A DNA stretch of 64,000 bases from Nitrospirota bacterium (GCA_963790025.1 CAWBMP010000004.1:704001-768000), one strand, 5' to 3'. Shown: positions 52,228 through 63,344, counted from the stretch's first letter. Program-made: numbers and translations. The notes: generated from the sequence alone by a model not told the origin.

Positions 52228-54369
52228 TTATTTAAGATATTTTTCTTCCAACAAGGCAAGAGTTTTATCGGCAGATTCGGTGATCGGCGTACCCGGCCCA
52301 AAAATAGCCTTTACTCCGGCTTTATAGAGGAAATCATAATCCCCGGGAGGTATAACACCCCCGGCAACAACGAAAATTTCGCCACCGCCGATTTTTTTCA
52401 GTTCTTTGACCAGTGCAGGAATGAGCGACTTGTGCCCGGCCGCAAGACTTGAGGCGCCAACGACATGAACGTCGTTTTCAATGGCCATTTTCGCCGCCTC
52501 CTCAGGGGTCTGGAACATCGGGCTGATGTCAACATCGAAGCCGAGGTCGGCATAGGCGCAGGCAACAACCTTGAAGCCGCGATCATGACCGTCCTGGCCC
52601 ATCTTGGTAACCAGGAGTCGTGGGCGTCGGCCCTGTTTTTCAAGGAACACATTTGTTCGTTGTTTTATCGCCGTGATAGCATTGTTGTCACCCTTGTATT
52701 CCGCCGAGTAGGCGCCGGAGATACAATGGGTCGTGGCAACGAAGCGGCCAAACACCGATTCCATGGCAGTAGAAATTTCACCCAATGTGGCTCTTGCCCG
52801 GACCGCAGGCAGTGCTGCCTCCAACAAGTTGCCGCCGTTTTTTGCGGCGTTGGTCAGATCTGACAGGGCTTTTTCGACTGCCGCCTTGTCGCGGCCGGCC
52901 TTGATTTTTTTGATGCTGGCAATCTGTTCATCGCGAACGGTAGCCGGTACTTCCCGGACTTCGAAATCTATTTTCTCGTCGGCAAGCTTGTATTTGTTGA
53001 CACCGACTATCACATCAAGGCCCTGATCGATCCGAGCCTGTTTTCTTGTCGCTGATTCCTCGATACGCATTTTGGGCATACCGCTTTCGATGGCCTTGGC
53101 CATTCCACCAAGTTCTTCGATTTCATCGATTATTTTTTGAGATTCATTGATGATGCTGTTGGTCAGTGATTCGAGATAGTATGAACCGCCCAAGGGATCA
53201 ATGACATGACAGATCTGCGATTCTTCCTGGATGATGATCTGGGTGTTGCGGGCAATGCGGGCTGAGAAATCAGTCGGCAGACCGATAGCTTCATCAAAGG
53301 AATTGGTATGCAGTGACTGGGTCCCGCCAAGTGCAGCGGTCATGGCTTCGAGAGTGGTACGAATGACGTTGTTGTATGGGTCCTGCTGGGTGAGACTCCA
53401 CCCCGACGTCTGGCAGTGGGTACGGAGCATGGAGGACTTGGGATTTTTCGGGTTAAACCGGCTCATTAACCGATACCAGAGGAATCTGGCTGCCCGCAGC
53501 ATGGCAATATCCATGAAGAAATTCATGCCGATGCCGAAAAAGAAAGAAAGCCTTGGGGCAAAAGTGTCAACATCCATACCGCTCTTCAATGCCGCTTTCA
53601 CATATTCCACACCATCTGCTAAAGTAAAGGCCGTCTGCAGAACGCTATTGGCGCCTGCTTCCATCATATGGTAGCCGCTGATGCTGATGGTATTGTATTT
53701 GGGCATCTCCCTGGAACAATAGGCCATGATATCGGAGACAATACGCATCGATGGCGCGGGAGGGTAGATATAGGTGTTTCGGGTAAGATACTCTTTGAGG
53801 ATGTCGTTCTGTATAGTGCCTTCCAGTTTGTCGTGGGCAACGCCCTGTTCTTCGGCGGCAACAATGTACCCGGCGAGTATCGGAATAACCGCACCATTCA
53901 TGGTCATCGATACAGACATCTGGTCAAGAGGAATACCGTTGAAAAGAATTTTCATATCTTCAACGGAATCTATAGCAACACCCGCCTTGCCGACATCGCC
54001 GGCAACCCGCGGATGGTCGGAATCATAACCCCTGTGTGTAGCCAAATCGAAGGCGACCGACAGACCTTTTTGCCCGGCGGCCAAGGCCTTATGGTAAAAG
54101 GCATTCGATTCTTTGGCGGTTGAGAAACCGGCATACTGACGAATAGTCCATGGTCGCCCGGTATACATGGTGGCCATGGGGCCCCGGACATAAGGAGCCA
54201 TCCCGGGGATGGTGTTAGCTGATTCCATGCCCTCCAGATCTTCGGCGGTATAAAGAGGTTTGACTTTAATACCTTCCGGGGTCATCCAGGAAAGTGTCTC
54301 TACGGACTTGCCCTTCATCTGCTTTTCAGCAATTCCTGTCCATTTTGGCAGTTGTGGATGTTGTGCCAT
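52228..54369 (-). CDS. mcm: Methylmalonyl-CoA mutase (fused, B12-dependent)
   Basis: [22 protein letters not shown] (DxHxxG). Confidence 0.97.
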   Translation of the reverse strand: MAQHPQLPKWTGIAEKQMKGKSVETLSWMTPEGIKVKPLYTAEDLEGMESANTIPGMAPYVRGPMATMYTGRPWTIRQYAGFSTAKESNAFYHKALAAGQKGLSVAFDLATHRGYDSDHPRVAGDVGKAGVAIDSVEDMKILFNGIPLDQMSVSMTMNGAVIPILAGYIVAAEEQGVAHDKLEGTIQNDILKEYLTRNTYIYPPAPSMRIVSDIMAYCSREMPKYNTISISGYHMMEAGANSVLQTAFTLADGVEYVKAALKSGMDVDTFAPRLSFFFGIGMNFFMDIAMLRAARFLWYRLMSRFNPKNPKSSMLRTHCQTSGWSLTQQDPYNNVIRTTLEAMTAALGGTQSLHTNSFDEAIGLPTDFSARIARNTQIIIQEESQICHVIDPLGGSYYLESLTNSIINESQKIIDEIEELGGMAKAIESGMPKMRIEESATRKQARIDQGLDVIVGVNKYKLADEKIDFEVREVPATVRDEQIASIKKIKAGRDKAAVEKALSDLTNAAKNGGNLLEAALPAVRARATLGEISTAMESVFGRFVATTHCISGAYSAEYKGDNNAITAIKQRTNVFLEKQGRRPRLLVTKMGQDGHDRGFKVVACAYADLGFDVDISPMFQTPEEAAKMAIENDVHVVGASSLAAGHKSLIPALVKELKKIGGGEIFVVAGGVIPPGDYDFLYKAGVKAIFGPGTPITESADKTLALLEEKYLK

Positions 54370-54400
54370 TTATTACTCCTTGTCTAACGGTATTTCATCG

Positions 54401-54434
54401 CACCCCAGAAAGTCTACGACTTTCCGGGGACCCC
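54401..54434. repeat. REP-like hairpin CACCCC...GGGGACCCC, copy 1
   Basis: CACCCCAGAAAGTCTACGACTTTCCGGGGACCCC. Confidence 0.85.
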
Positions 54435-54470
54435 GTCATGCCCGTGAAGCGGATAAGTGCAGAGGGCGTG

Positions 54471-54872
54471 TCAACGCTCACAGAGTTCAACCAGGACACC
54501 TCCGGTGGCCTTGGGGTGCAGGAAGGCAATCTTGGCACCACCCGCACCAATTCGCGGTTGCTCGTCGATGAGTTGGATACCTTTTTCCTTAAGTTCTTTT
54601 AAGGCCTCTTCGATATTAGCTACCCGAAAAGCGACATGCTGAAACCCAGCGCCTTTCTTTTCAATAAATTTTGCCACCGGCCCATCGGGTGAGGTTGACT
54701 CAAGAAGTTCCACTTCACTTTCACCGACCGGAAAAAACGCTGTGGTCACTTTTTGGGTTTCTACCGTTTCAGAGCCTTCGAACCTCAGTCCGAGAACGTC
54801 GGACCAAAAAAGTTTTCCGTCATCAATACTGTTGACAGCTATTCCCATATGGTCAATCTTGAGTATTTCCAT
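54471..54872 (-). CDS. mce: Methylmalonyl-CoA epimerase
   Basis: IDHMGIAV, ELLE, IAFLHPK, GVLVELCE. Confidence 0.95.
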   Translation of the reverse strand: MEILKIDHMGIAVNSIDDGKLFWSDVLGLRFEGSETVETQKVTTAFFPVGESEVELLESTSPDGPVAKFIEKKGAGFQHVAFRVANIEEALKELKEKGIQLIDEQPRIGAGGAKIAFLHPKATGGVLVELCER

Positions 54873-54883
54873 TGTATGCCTCC

Positions 54884-55054
54884 ACAGTTTCGTATAAAGT
54901 CCATATGCTAGTGCCACCCCAGTAAGTCTGCGACTTACTGGGGACCCCGGTGCGTTGCCCTTCGCCCTTAGTCACTCGCACCCCGAAAGACTTCGGCTTT
55001 CGGGGACCCCGTGCGGACTCGTGCGCCTTGCCTATGAACTTTTTACGAAACCGT
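54884..55054. mobile_element. MITE-like element holding two nested REP-like hairpins (54915-54948, 54979-55010)
   Basis: Ends ACAGTTTCGTATAAAGTCCATATGCTAG vs reverse complement ACGGTTTCGTAAAAAGTTCATAGGCAAG (23 of 28). Confidence 0.7.
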
Positions 55055-55068
55055 CATATTTGTTAACA

Positions 55069-55938
55069 TTAAAAAATGCCGGCACAGAAATCGCCGAACC
55101 TGCCAAGATTATCACATATATGAATTCCCGCTTCCTTCATGACCGCAATCTTTGACTGGGCAGTACCGCTCTTGCCGCTCACTATCGCCCCTGCGTGTCC
55201 CATGCGTCTGCCCGGGGGAGCGCTTAATCCCGCAACAAACCCGACTATGGGCTTACTGACTTTTTCTGCAATATACTCAGCAGCCTCTTCCTCTGCAGTG
55301 CCGCCGATTTCACCCACAAGGACGATCCCCTTTGTCTCGGGATCTTCTTCAAAGGCCTTGAGGCAATCAATAAAGTTTGTTCCGTTTACCGGGTCACCTC
55401 CGATGCCGAGGCAGGTTGTCTGGCCGATTCCTTTCGTAGTCAATTGATGCACAACCTCATAGGTCAACGTGCCGGAGCGCGACACGACGCCGATGGGGCC
55501 GCCGGGCTTGTGGATGAAGCCGGGCATGATACCTATCTTGCACTGACCTGGCGTTATGATTCCGGGACAGTTCGGCCCGATAAGCCTGACTTGTTTCCCA
55601 TTCAGATAATTCTTGATCCGCATCATGTCGAGCACCGGAATGCCTTCGGTGATGGCGACAATAATATCCACATCACCGTCGATCGCCTCCATGATGGCCT
55701 TTGCGGCAAAGGCCGGAGGGACAAAAATCATGCTGCAGTTCGCACCGGTTGCACGCACAGCCTCCTTGACAGAATTAAATACCGGCACATCGTCCATGTT
55801 CTGTCCGCCTTTCCCGGGGGTCACGCCGGCCACGACCCGCGTACCGTATTCAATACACTGCCGGGTATGGAACTGGCCTTCTCTGCCGGTAATCCCCTGG
55901 ACAAGCAGTCTTGTTTCCTTATCTACAAATATTGCCAT
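55069..55938 (-). CDS. sucD: Succinyl-CoA synthetase alpha
   Basis: [26 protein letters not shown]. Confidence 0.97.
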   Translation of the reverse strand: MAIFVDKETRLLVQGITGREGQFHTRQCIEYGTRVVAGVTPGKGGQNMDDVPVFNSVKEAVRATGANCSMIFVPPAFAAKAIMEAIDGDVDIIVAITEGIPVLDMMRIKNYLNGKQVRLIGPNCPGIITPGQCKIGIMPGFIHKPGGPIGVVSRSGTLTYEVVHQLTTKGIGQTTCLGIGGDPVNGTNFIDCLKAFEEDPETKGIVLVGEIGGTAEEEAAEYIAEKVSKPIVGFVAGLSAPPGRRMGHAGAIVSGKSGTAQSKIAVMKEAGIHICDNLGRFGDFCAGIF

Positions 55939-55971
55939 GATCTTCTATCCTTCTTTCCAAAACAATATCAT

Positions 55972-57135
55972 TCAATTCCTGGTGATCTCTGCAATTTTTC
56001 CGGCTGCATCGTTCAGGTTGTCTGCAGTAATGAGATTCAGGCCTGAGACCGCAAGAATTTCCCTGCCCTTTTCCACATTGGTCCCCTGCAGCCGGATCAC
56101 AACCGGTACCTTTATTCCCGTTTTCCTGGCTGCCTGGACAACCCCTTCGGCCAGGACGTCGCACCGCAGAATCCCGCCGAAAATATTGATCAGAACCGCC
56201 TTAACATTGCCATCGCTCAAAATGATGCGGAAACCGTTTTCAACCATTCCCGCATCGGCCCCGCCCCCCACGTCAAGGAAATTCGCAGGCTCCGCGCCGA
56301 CGCTCTTGATCAGGTCCATGGTTGCCATGGCGAGTCCAGCGCCGTTAACCATATTGCCGACGTTGCCATTTAGGTTGATGTAATTAAGGTTGTATTTCGA
56401 GGCCTCCACTTCCAGGGGGTCCTCTTCATCAATGTCCCTGAACTTCAGAATATCCTTTTGCCGGAACAGGGCGTTATCATCGATCTCCACTTTTGCATCC
56501 AAAGCAACAAGTGTCTCCTGAGCAGTAATCACGAGAGGATTGATCTCGAGCAGTGAACAGTCGGCTTCGATAAAAAGTCTGTACAGGTTTTCAACCAGCG
56601 CGGAAAACTTTTCGGCAAGCGAATCGGGCAGATTGAGACCGGCTCCGATTTCTCTACAATGACCGGGCTCGATTCCAGTGAGAGGATTAATCAACACCTT
56701 GATTATCTTTTCAGGGGACTTCGCGGCAACCTCTTCGATATCCATTCCCCCTGCCCGGCTTGCAATTATCATGATCTTTGCTGTGGACCGGTCCGGGATG
56801 ATCGAAAAATAAAGCTCCTGAGTAATATCAAGCCCTTGCTCCACCAGGACTTTTCGGACCTTCCTTCCCTGCGGTCCTGTCTGGGGAGTCACTAGTGGCC
56901 TGTCGAATATGGCCGCTGCCGCGCTTTGCACCTCCTGAATATTCCGGGTAAGTTTAACGCCTCCTCCCTTGCCTCGGCCACCCGCATGAACTTGTGCCTT
57001 GACTACAACTGGAAACCCGCCAAGCCTTCCAGCAATAGCACAGGCATCATCAGGGCTTGTGGCAACATACCCCTCAGGCACAGCAATATGATGATTCCGA
57101 AATAATTCCTTGGCCTGATATTCATGTATTTTCAT
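55972..57135 (-). CDS. sucC: Succinyl-CoA synthetase beta
   Basis: HEYQAK, GGRGKGGG, NGAGLAMATMD, NIFGGILRCD. Confidence 0.97.
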   Translation of the reverse strand: MKIHEYQAKELFRNHHIAVPEGYVATSPDDACAIAGRLGGFPVVVKAQVHAGGRGKGGGVKLTRNIQEVQSAAAAIFDRPLVTPQTGPQGRKVRKVLVEQGLDITQELYFSIIPDRSTAKIMIIASRAGGMDIEEVAAKSPEKIIKVLINPLTGIEPGHCREIGAGLNLPDSLAEKFSALVENLYRLFIEADCSLLEINPLVITAQETLVALDAKVEIDDNALFRQKDILKFRDIDEEDPLEVEASKYNLNYINLNGNVGNMVNGAGLAMATMDLIKSVGAEPANFLDVGGGADAGMVENGFRIILSDGNVKAVLINIFGGILRCDVLAEGVVQAARKTGIKVPVVIRLQGTNVEKGREILAVSGLNLITADNLNDAAGKIAEITRN

Positions 57136-57313
57136 TAACCCGCCTTCTCATCTAAAATTTCTGTTGGCCTGTTTGCCTCATTAGAAGACGTTCGGCCTTC
57201 TATCGGGACAAACAATTTTTAAAAGTAATCCTTGCAAAAAAGGGGCCAATTGAATATTAACAGAAATACCATGAAAAGGGAATAACTTTATCCACCCACT
57301 CCTGCGTAAAGCA

Positions 57314-57497
57314 TATTATAATGCATTTAATTGCATGCAAAAATATGCTTAATATGCAGTATATTGCATAAACAAACAGTTCAAACATTGAAGACTCTGA
57401 TAAGGGAATTCATTGTGCCGATCAATGAAGACGTTCTGTTTTACTGATTTTCAAGGTCTATTGTTGCTAAATATTGAAAGATGGTACAATTCCTGCT
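57314..57497. repeat. Second copy of the promoter block; contains operator site 3 (57322-57368)
   Basis: Matches 41588-41772. Confidence 0.92.
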
Positions 57498-57535
57498 AAC
57501 CAGTACCCGAGACTGTTGTGTTATTCTAAGAACAC

Positions 57536-57686
57536 GGCCAGAGACCGCCAGGCTTTAGCCTGGGGATTAATGGCCTCCCGGAGCAGAGCGGAGGCGCCTT
57601 TTGGCATATTCTGGTATGGCCAAAGGTCAGCACCAGGGATGCCGGAGGCCTGAAACCCCGGTCTTAAGACCGGGTGAGAGGGTTCA
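57536..57686 (+). mobile_element. Non-autonomous IS200/IS605-like mini-element
   Basis: Left hairpin CCAGGCTTTAGCCTGG inside GGCCA...TGGCC; right hairpin CCCGGTCTTAAGACCGGG ending GTTCA; no transposase ORF. Confidence 0.6.
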
Positions 57687-57712
57687 ATATATATGTCCAC
57701 CGGAAACGTGCC

Positions 57713-57850
57713 ATGAGTTGCCTTGATGAAATAAAACATCTCATAGAAACCGACAAAAAATTTGTCTGGCATCCCTTTACCCAGATGAAGGGCTGGCTTG
57801 AAGAGGACCCGATTATCATTGTCAAGGGGAAGGATTTTGGAAAGATATAG
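57713..57850 (+). pseudogene. bioA: N-terminal fragment of DAPA aminotransferase
   Basis: MSCLDEIKHLIETDKKFVWHPFTQMKGWLEEDPIIIVKGKD...* (WHPFTQM motif), 45 aa. Confidence 0.82.
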
Positions 57851-57908
57851 AGCGTAACAAGAGACTTCGAGGTTATCGAAGAAAAAATCCTTAAAGGAGA
57901 AATGAGCG

Positions 57909-59822
57909 ATGGGAAAGTATGATGATATCTTTCAAAAAAGCATCAAGGACCCTTCAGGCTTTTGGGGAGAGGCCGCAGAACAAATCGACTGGTACAAGAG
58001 ATGGGACAAGGTCCTGGATGATTCAAGGAAACCTTTCTACAAATGGTTTGTGGGCGGCGAACTCAACACATGCTACAATGCGCTGGACAGGCATGTGAAA
58101 GGCGGGAGGGGGAACCAGATCGCCCTCATTTATGACAGTCCCGTAACCGACACTATCGAGAAATTCACCTATTCCCAACTGCTTGACACAGTTGCCAAGT
58201 TTGCAGGGGCGTTGAAAGGACTTGGTGTTGTCAAGGGCGATACAGTCATTATTTACATGCCTATGATTCCACAGGCAGCGATCGCCATGCTGGCCTGCGC
58301 CCGTCTTGGGGCCATCCATTCAGTAGTCTTCGGAGGTTTCGCTCCGCATGAGCTGGCAATACGCATTGACGATGCAAAACCGAAGGTGTTGATCTCCGCA
58401 TCGGGCGCCAAGGAGGGGGCCCGCGTCCTGGAGTACAAGCCGATGATAGACAAAGCACTGGAACTCTCCAAGCATAGACCCCAGAAATGCATAATCTTCC
58501 AGAGGCAATTTGTAACGGCGTCTATTATCGAAGGCCGCGATCTCGACTTTGAACAGATAACTGCAAAGGCCGCTCCCGCAGACTGCGTGCCGGTTAAGGC
58601 TACCGACCCTCTCTATATTCTCTACACCTCAGGAACTACCGGTGTCCCCAAAGGGATTGTCCGTGATAACGGCGGTCATGCGGTGGCATTGAGATGGAGC
58701 ATTCCAAACATCTATGATACCTATCCCGGGGAAGTTTACTGGGCGGCCTCCGACGTGGGCTGGGTAGTGGGTCATTCATATATAATATATGCTCCGCTAA
58801 TAAGCGGCTGCACAACTGTATTATATGAAGGAAAACCTGTAGGCACGCCGAATCCCGGGGCCTTCTGGAGGGTCATCTCCGAGCATGGAGTCAAGACCCT
58901 GTTCACTGCGCCTACCGCTTTCCGGGCAATAAAGAGGGACGATCCGAACGGTGACTATATAAAACAGTATGACCTCTCAAAATTTAAATACCTCTTCCTC
59001 GCCGGTGAGCGGCTCGATCCCGACACTTACCACTGGGCACATGACCTTCTTAACAAGCACGTAGTGGACCACTGGTGGCAGACCGAGACAGGATGGCCTA
59101 TTACTGCAAACTGCATGGGGATCGAACAGTTTGCTATTAAACCGGGCTCTTCTACGAAACCGGTTCCGGGGTATAATATTCACATTCTCGACAGCGACGG
59201 TAAAGTGCTTGGGCCGAATCAGACTGGGATCATAACCGCAAAACTTCCCCTTCCCCCTGGAACGCTGCCCACACTCTGGAATGCGGATGACCGGTATCTT
59301 GAGTCATATTGTAAAATGTTCGATGGATATTATTTTACCGCTGACGGGGGATACAAGGACGAAGACGGCTACATCTTCGTCATGGGCCGTGTTGATGATG
59401 TGATCAATGTGGCCGGTCACAGGCTCTCAACCGGCGAGATGGAGGGTATCATAGCAACCCATCCCGATGTTGCCGAATGTGCAGTGATCGGCGTCGGCGA
59501 TAACATGAAAGGGCAGTTGCCGGTTGGCTTTGTGGTCCTTAAGGCAGGCGTAAAGAAAAGCCCTGAGGAGATCAAGAAGGAAGTGACAAAACTCATAAGA
59601 GACCAAATCGGTCCCTTCGCGTGCTATAAGGAGACCGCTGTTGTTACTAGACTGCCGAAGACGCGTTCTGGTAAAATACTTCGTGCCACCATGAGAAAGA
59701 TTGCCGATGGTGAAAAATACAGTGTCCCATCCACAATCGATGATCCGGCAGTCCTTGGCGAGATGGCGGAGGCCCTGAAGGGCATCGGCTATGCCGGGGA
59801 CAATGAATGTTTAACGCTTTAA
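57909..59822 (+). CDS. prpE: Propionyl-CoA synthetase, copy 2
   Basis: Protein identical to copy 1 except the last few residues. Confidence 0.93.
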   Translation: MGKYDDIFQKSIKDPSGFWGEAAEQIDWYKRWDKVLDDSRKPFYKWFVGGELNTCYNALDRHVKGGRGNQIALIYDSPVTDTIEKFTYSQLLDTVAKFAGALKGLGVVKGDTVIIYMPMIPQAAIAMLACARLGAIHSVVFGGFAPHELAIRIDDAKPKVLISASGAKEGARVLEYKPMIDKALELSKHRPQKCIIFQRQFVTASIIEGRDLDFEQITAKAAPADCVPVKATDPLYILYTSGTTGVPKGIVRDNGGHAVALRWSIPNIYDTYPGEVYWAASDVGWVVGHSYIIYAPLISGCTTVLYEGKPVGTPNPGAFWRVISEHGVKTLFTAPTAFRAIKRDDPNGDYIKQYDLSKFKYLFLAGERLDPDTYHWAHDLLNKHVVDHWWQTETGWPITANCMGIEQFAIKPGSSTKPVPGYNIHILDSDGKVLGPNQTGIITAKLPLPPGTLPTLWNADDRYLESYCKMFDGYYFTADGGYKDEDGYIFVMGRVDDVINVAGHRLSTGEMEGIIATHPDVAECAVIGVGDNMKGQLPVGFVVLKAGVKKSPEEIKKEVTKLIRDQIGPFACYKETAVVTRLPKTRSGKILRATMRKIADGEKYSVPSTIDDPAVLGEMAEALKGIGYAGDNECLTL

Positions 59823-59856
59823 CTGCCATTAAAAAGGAGACTGAAGGGACCACGGC

Positions 59857-60543
59857 ATGTACTTACACATATTATATTTTTTGAAAAACATGGTGGGGAA
59901 AAAATTAATCATGTCGGTTTCCGGTTTTTCGATGCTCCTCTTTGTCGTAGTGCATCTGATCGGGAATGCCTCTATTTATGACGGCCCCAGCGGCATCAAT
60001 GTCTATGCTCAGGCGCTACATCATAACAGCACTTTCCTTTTCTCAGTACGGATGGGGCTGCTCGCTGTATTTTCCCTGCATGTCTTTTACGGGATCCAAC
60101 TGACCCTCGAGAACAATGCCGCAAAACCGCAGGGCTATGCAGTAAACAAAAGCCTCAGCGCCACCTTTGCTTCCAGGAATATGATCTGGACAGGTCTTCT
60201 CGTTGCAGTATTCGTTATCTACCACCTGCTCCACTTCACATTCCATGTTACAAACCCGGAGATCTCGGCAGACAGACATCTGGATGCAATGGGCCGTCAT
60301 GATGTATACATGATGATAGTGCTCAGCTTCAGGAACCTTTTTATTTCCCTTGCTTATGTCTGTTCCATGGGTTTTCTAGGCCTGCATCTTTCACACGGCA
60401 TCCAGAGTTCCTTCCAGACCGTTGGACTGAACACCAGGAGGTCTTTCCCCTTTATCATGAAAGGGGCAACGCTTCTCTGGATAATCATTTTTCTCGGTTT
60501 TGCTTCATTTCCGATAGTCTTTCTGACAGGGCTTATAAAATAA
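59857..60543 (+). CDS. sdhC: Succinate dehydrogenase/fumarate reductase cytochrome b558 subunit
   Basis: Five TM; HLIGN, YHLLHFT, HLSHG. Confidence 0.93.
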   Translation: MYLHILYFLKNMVGKKLIMSVSGFSMLLFVVVHLIGNASIYDGPSGINVYAQALHHNSTFLFSVRMGLLAVFSLHVFYGIQLTLENNAAKPQGYAVNKSLSATFASRNMIWTGLLVAVFVIYHLLHFTFHVTNPEISADRHLDAMGRHDVYMMIVLSFRNLFISLAYVCSMGFLGLHLSHGIQSSFQTVGLNTRRSFPFIMKGATLLWIIIFLGFASFPIVFLTGLIK

Positions 60544-60546
60544 AGG

Positions 60547-60656
60547 CAGGCTAAAGGCTATAGGCAAAAGGCAATAGGTGAAAGACAAAAACCAAAACAC
60601 TATAAGTAAGGGAATATCTTCTATTTTTTTTCTTATAGCCTTTTGCCATTTGCCTG
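60547..60656. repeat. Heptamer (GGCWAWA)n inverted repeat between sdhC and sdhA
   Basis: GGCTAAA GGCTATA GGCAAAA GGCAATA ... TATAGCC TTTTGCC ATTTGCC. Confidence 0.8.
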
Positions 60657-60678
60657 ATTTTTTTGAGGAGATACAATC

Positions 60679-62592
60679 ATGATACTTGACGGAAAATGTC
60701 CATCCGGTCCTCTTGCCGAAAAGTGGGACAGACATTGCAGGGAAATAAAGCTTGTTAATCCGGCAAACAAGAGGAAATTCAGGATCATCGTCGTCGGCAC
60801 CGGTCTGGCCGGCGCATCTGCGGCAGCGACCCTCGGGGAACTCGGCTATAATGTGGATGCCTTCTGTTATCAGGACAGTGCCCGCCGTGCCCACAGCATT
60901 GCAGCACAAGGCGGCATTAATGCTGCAAAAAATTATCCCAATGACGGCGACAGTATCTTCAGGCTCTTCCATGACACAATCAAGGGAGGAGATTTCAGGT
61001 CCCGCGAAGCTAACGTATACAGGCTGGCGGCTGTGAGCAACAACATCATCGACCAGTGCGTGGCTCAGGGGGTCCCCTTTGCACGCGACTATGCCGGATA
61101 TCTCGATAATCGTTCCTTCGGAGGCGCTCAGGTCTCGCGCACCTTCTTCGCAAGAGGGCAGACAGGACAGCAATTGCTGCTAGGCGCTTATTCGGCCCTT
61201 TCCCGCGCGGTGAAAAATGGGTCCGTAAAACTACACTGCCGTACGGAAATGCTGGACCTTGTTATCGTGGACGGTGAGGCCAAAGGGATCACAGTCCGTG
61301 ATATGGTTACAGGTGAGATAAAAAGTTATGCGGCGGATGCGGTTTGCCTCTGTACAGGCGGATACGCGAATGTTTTCTACCTTTCGACAAATGCAATGGG
61401 AAGCAATGTGACCGCAACATACAGGGCTTACAAGAAAGGGGCCTTCTTTGCCAACCCTTGCTACACTCAGATCCATCCGACGTGCATACCGGTGAGCGGC
61501 GACCACCAGTCCAAACTCACACTTATGTCCGAATCCTTAAGGAACGACGGCAGGGTTTGGGTGCCGAAGGCCAGTGGAGACAAACGCCTTCCCCATGAGA
61601 TCCCGGAAGATGAAAGGGACTACTATCTGGAGCGCAAGTATCCGAGTTTCGGGAACCTTGCACCGCGCGATATATCATCCCGGTCAGCCAAGGAGGTCTG
61701 TGATGAAGGCCGTGGAGTAGGCACTAGCGGCCGTGGCGTTTATCTCGACTTTGCCGAGGCCATAGGGCGCGTCGGCGAAGACAAGATACGCGAGCGTTAC
61801 GGCAACCTTTTTGAGATGTATGAAAAAATAACCGGCGAAAATGCTTATAAACAACCTATGCGCATCTATCCAGCACCTCATTACGTCATGGGCGGCCTCT
61901 GGGTTGACTATAACCTGCAGAGCAATATCCCGGGACTTTTTGTGCTCGGGGAAGCGAACTTCTCCGACCACGGCGCCAACAGGCTCGGGGCAAGCGCTCT
62001 TATGCAGGGGCTTGCCGATGGGTATTTCGTCATTCCTTATACAATATCAAACTATCTGGCGCAGACGAAGCCAGGCAATGCGGAAAGCTGCCATCCCGAG
62101 TTCGTGAAATCGGCTGTAGAGTGCTCGTCATCAATAAAAAGGCTTCTCTGCATGGAAGGAAAAAAGACGGTGAATGAGTTCCACCGCGAACTCGGCCATA
62201 TCATGTGGGAGAATGTTGGCATGGCGCGCAGCCGTGAGAGCCTGACAAAGGCCCTGCAACTGATTCCGGAACTTCGCACTGAATTCTGGAACAAAGTTAA
62301 AGTCACAGGGAGCGAAGCCGACCTTAACCAGGAGCTCGAAAAAGCCGGCCGCGTAGCGGACTTCCTCGAGTTCGGTGAACTCATGGCACGTGACGCCCTT
62401 CACCGTGAGGAATCCTGCGGAGGCCACTTCCGGGTGGAGTATCAGACGCAGGAGGGCGAAGCTATGCGCGACGATGATAAATTCTGTTATGTGGCTGCAT
62501 GGGAGTTCAAAGGACCGGACAAAGAGCCGGAACTGCATAAGGAGCCTCTCGTATTCGAAAACGTTCATCTTGCCGTAAGGAGTTATAAATAA
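60679..62592 (+). CDS. sdhA: Succinate dehydrogenase/fumarate reductase flavoprotein
   Basis: [25 protein letters not shown]. Confidence 0.97.
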   Translation: MILDGKCPSGPLAEKWDRHCREIKLVNPANKRKFRIIVVGTGLAGASAAATLGELGYNVDAFCYQDSARRAHSIAAQGGINAAKNYPNDGDSIFRLFHDTIKGGDFRSREANVYRLAAVSNNIIDQCVAQGVPFARDYAGYLDNRSFGGAQVSRTFFARGQTGQQLLLGAYSALSRAVKNGSVKLHCRTEMLDLVIVDGEAKGITVRDMVTGEIKSYAADAVCLCTGGYANVFYLSTNAMGSNVTATYRAYKKGAFFANPCYTQIHPTCIPVSGDHQSKLTLMSESLRNDGRVWVPKASGDKRLPHEIPEDERDYYLERKYPSFGNLAPRDISSRSAKEVCDEGRGVGTSGRGVYLDFAEAIGRVGEDKIRERYGNLFEMYEKITGENAYKQPMRIYPAPHYVMGGLWVDYNLQSNIPGLFVLGEANFSDHGANRLGASALMQGLADGYFVIPYTISNYLAQTKPGNAESCHPEFVKSAVECSSSIKRLLCMEGKKTVNEFHRELGHIMWENVGMARSRESLTKALQLIPELRTEFWNKVKVTGSEADLNQELEKAGRVADFLEFGELMARDALHREESCGGHFRVEYQTQEGEAMRDDDKFCYVAAWEFKGPDKEPELHKEPLVFENVHLAVRSYK

Positions 62593-63344
62593 TGGATTTA
62601 ACACTCTATGTCTGGAGGCAGAAAGGCCCGGACCAACCGGGAGGACTTGAGGAATATCAAGCCAGGGACGTAAGTCCGGACATGTCCTTTCTCGAGATGC
62701 TCGACGTCGTTAATGAGGGCTTGATAAAGAGTGGCAAAGAGCCTATAGCTTTTGACCACGACTGTCGTGAGGGGATCTGCGGCACATGCTCCCAGGTCAT
62801 CAACGGTGTTCCCCATGGACCGCAGGAGAAGACCACAGTTTGCCAGCTCCACATGAGACACTTCAGGGATGGGGATGCGCTCTACATTGAACCCTTTCAC
62901 GCAAAGGCCTTCCCAGTGATCAAGGATTTGATCGTAGACCGAAGCGCCCTCGATCGCATCATGCAGGCCGGCGGTTTCATATCCGTGCATACTGGTGGCA
63001 GTCCTGATGCTAATGCTGTCCTGGTTCCGAAGTCTTATGCCAATGTTGCCATGGATGCCGCAGAGTGTATCGGTTGCGGTGCGTGTGTCGCCGCCTGTCC
63101 GAACGGTTCAGCTATGCTTTTTACGGCAGCGAAAGTGGCGCACCTTGCGAACCTGCCTCAGGGAAAGATCGGGGCGGCCCGGCGTGTCTGCATGATGACT
63201 GATGCGATGCTGAAGGAAGGCTTTGGCAATTGCAGCAACCACTACGAATGCCAGGCGGTATGTCCCAAAGGTATAAGAGTTCAGTTCATTGCGAAACTTA
63301 ACAGGGAATTCATTAAATCACAGACTATGACGAGGAGAGACTAA
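62592..63344 (+). CDS. sdhB: Succinate dehydrogenase/fumarate reductase Fe-S subunit
   Basis: [28 protein letters not shown]...CP. Confidence 0.97.
   Translation: MDLTLYVWRQKGPDQPGGLEEYQARDVSPDMSFLEMLDVVNEGLIKSGKEPIAFDHDCREGICGTCSQVINGVPHGPQEKTTVCQLHMRHFRDGDALYIEPFHAKAFPVIKDLIVDRSALDRIMQAGGFISVHTGGSPDANAVLVPKSYANVAMDAAECIGCGACVAACPNGSAMLFTAAKVAHLANLPQGKIGAARRVCMMTDAMLKEGFGNCSNHYECQAVCPKGIRVQFIAKLNREFIKSQTMTRRD

Noticed and set aside
30636..59797. Diversity-generating retroelement TR/VR pair
   Set aside because: Whole-gene duplication with only a few synonymous changes, and no RT.
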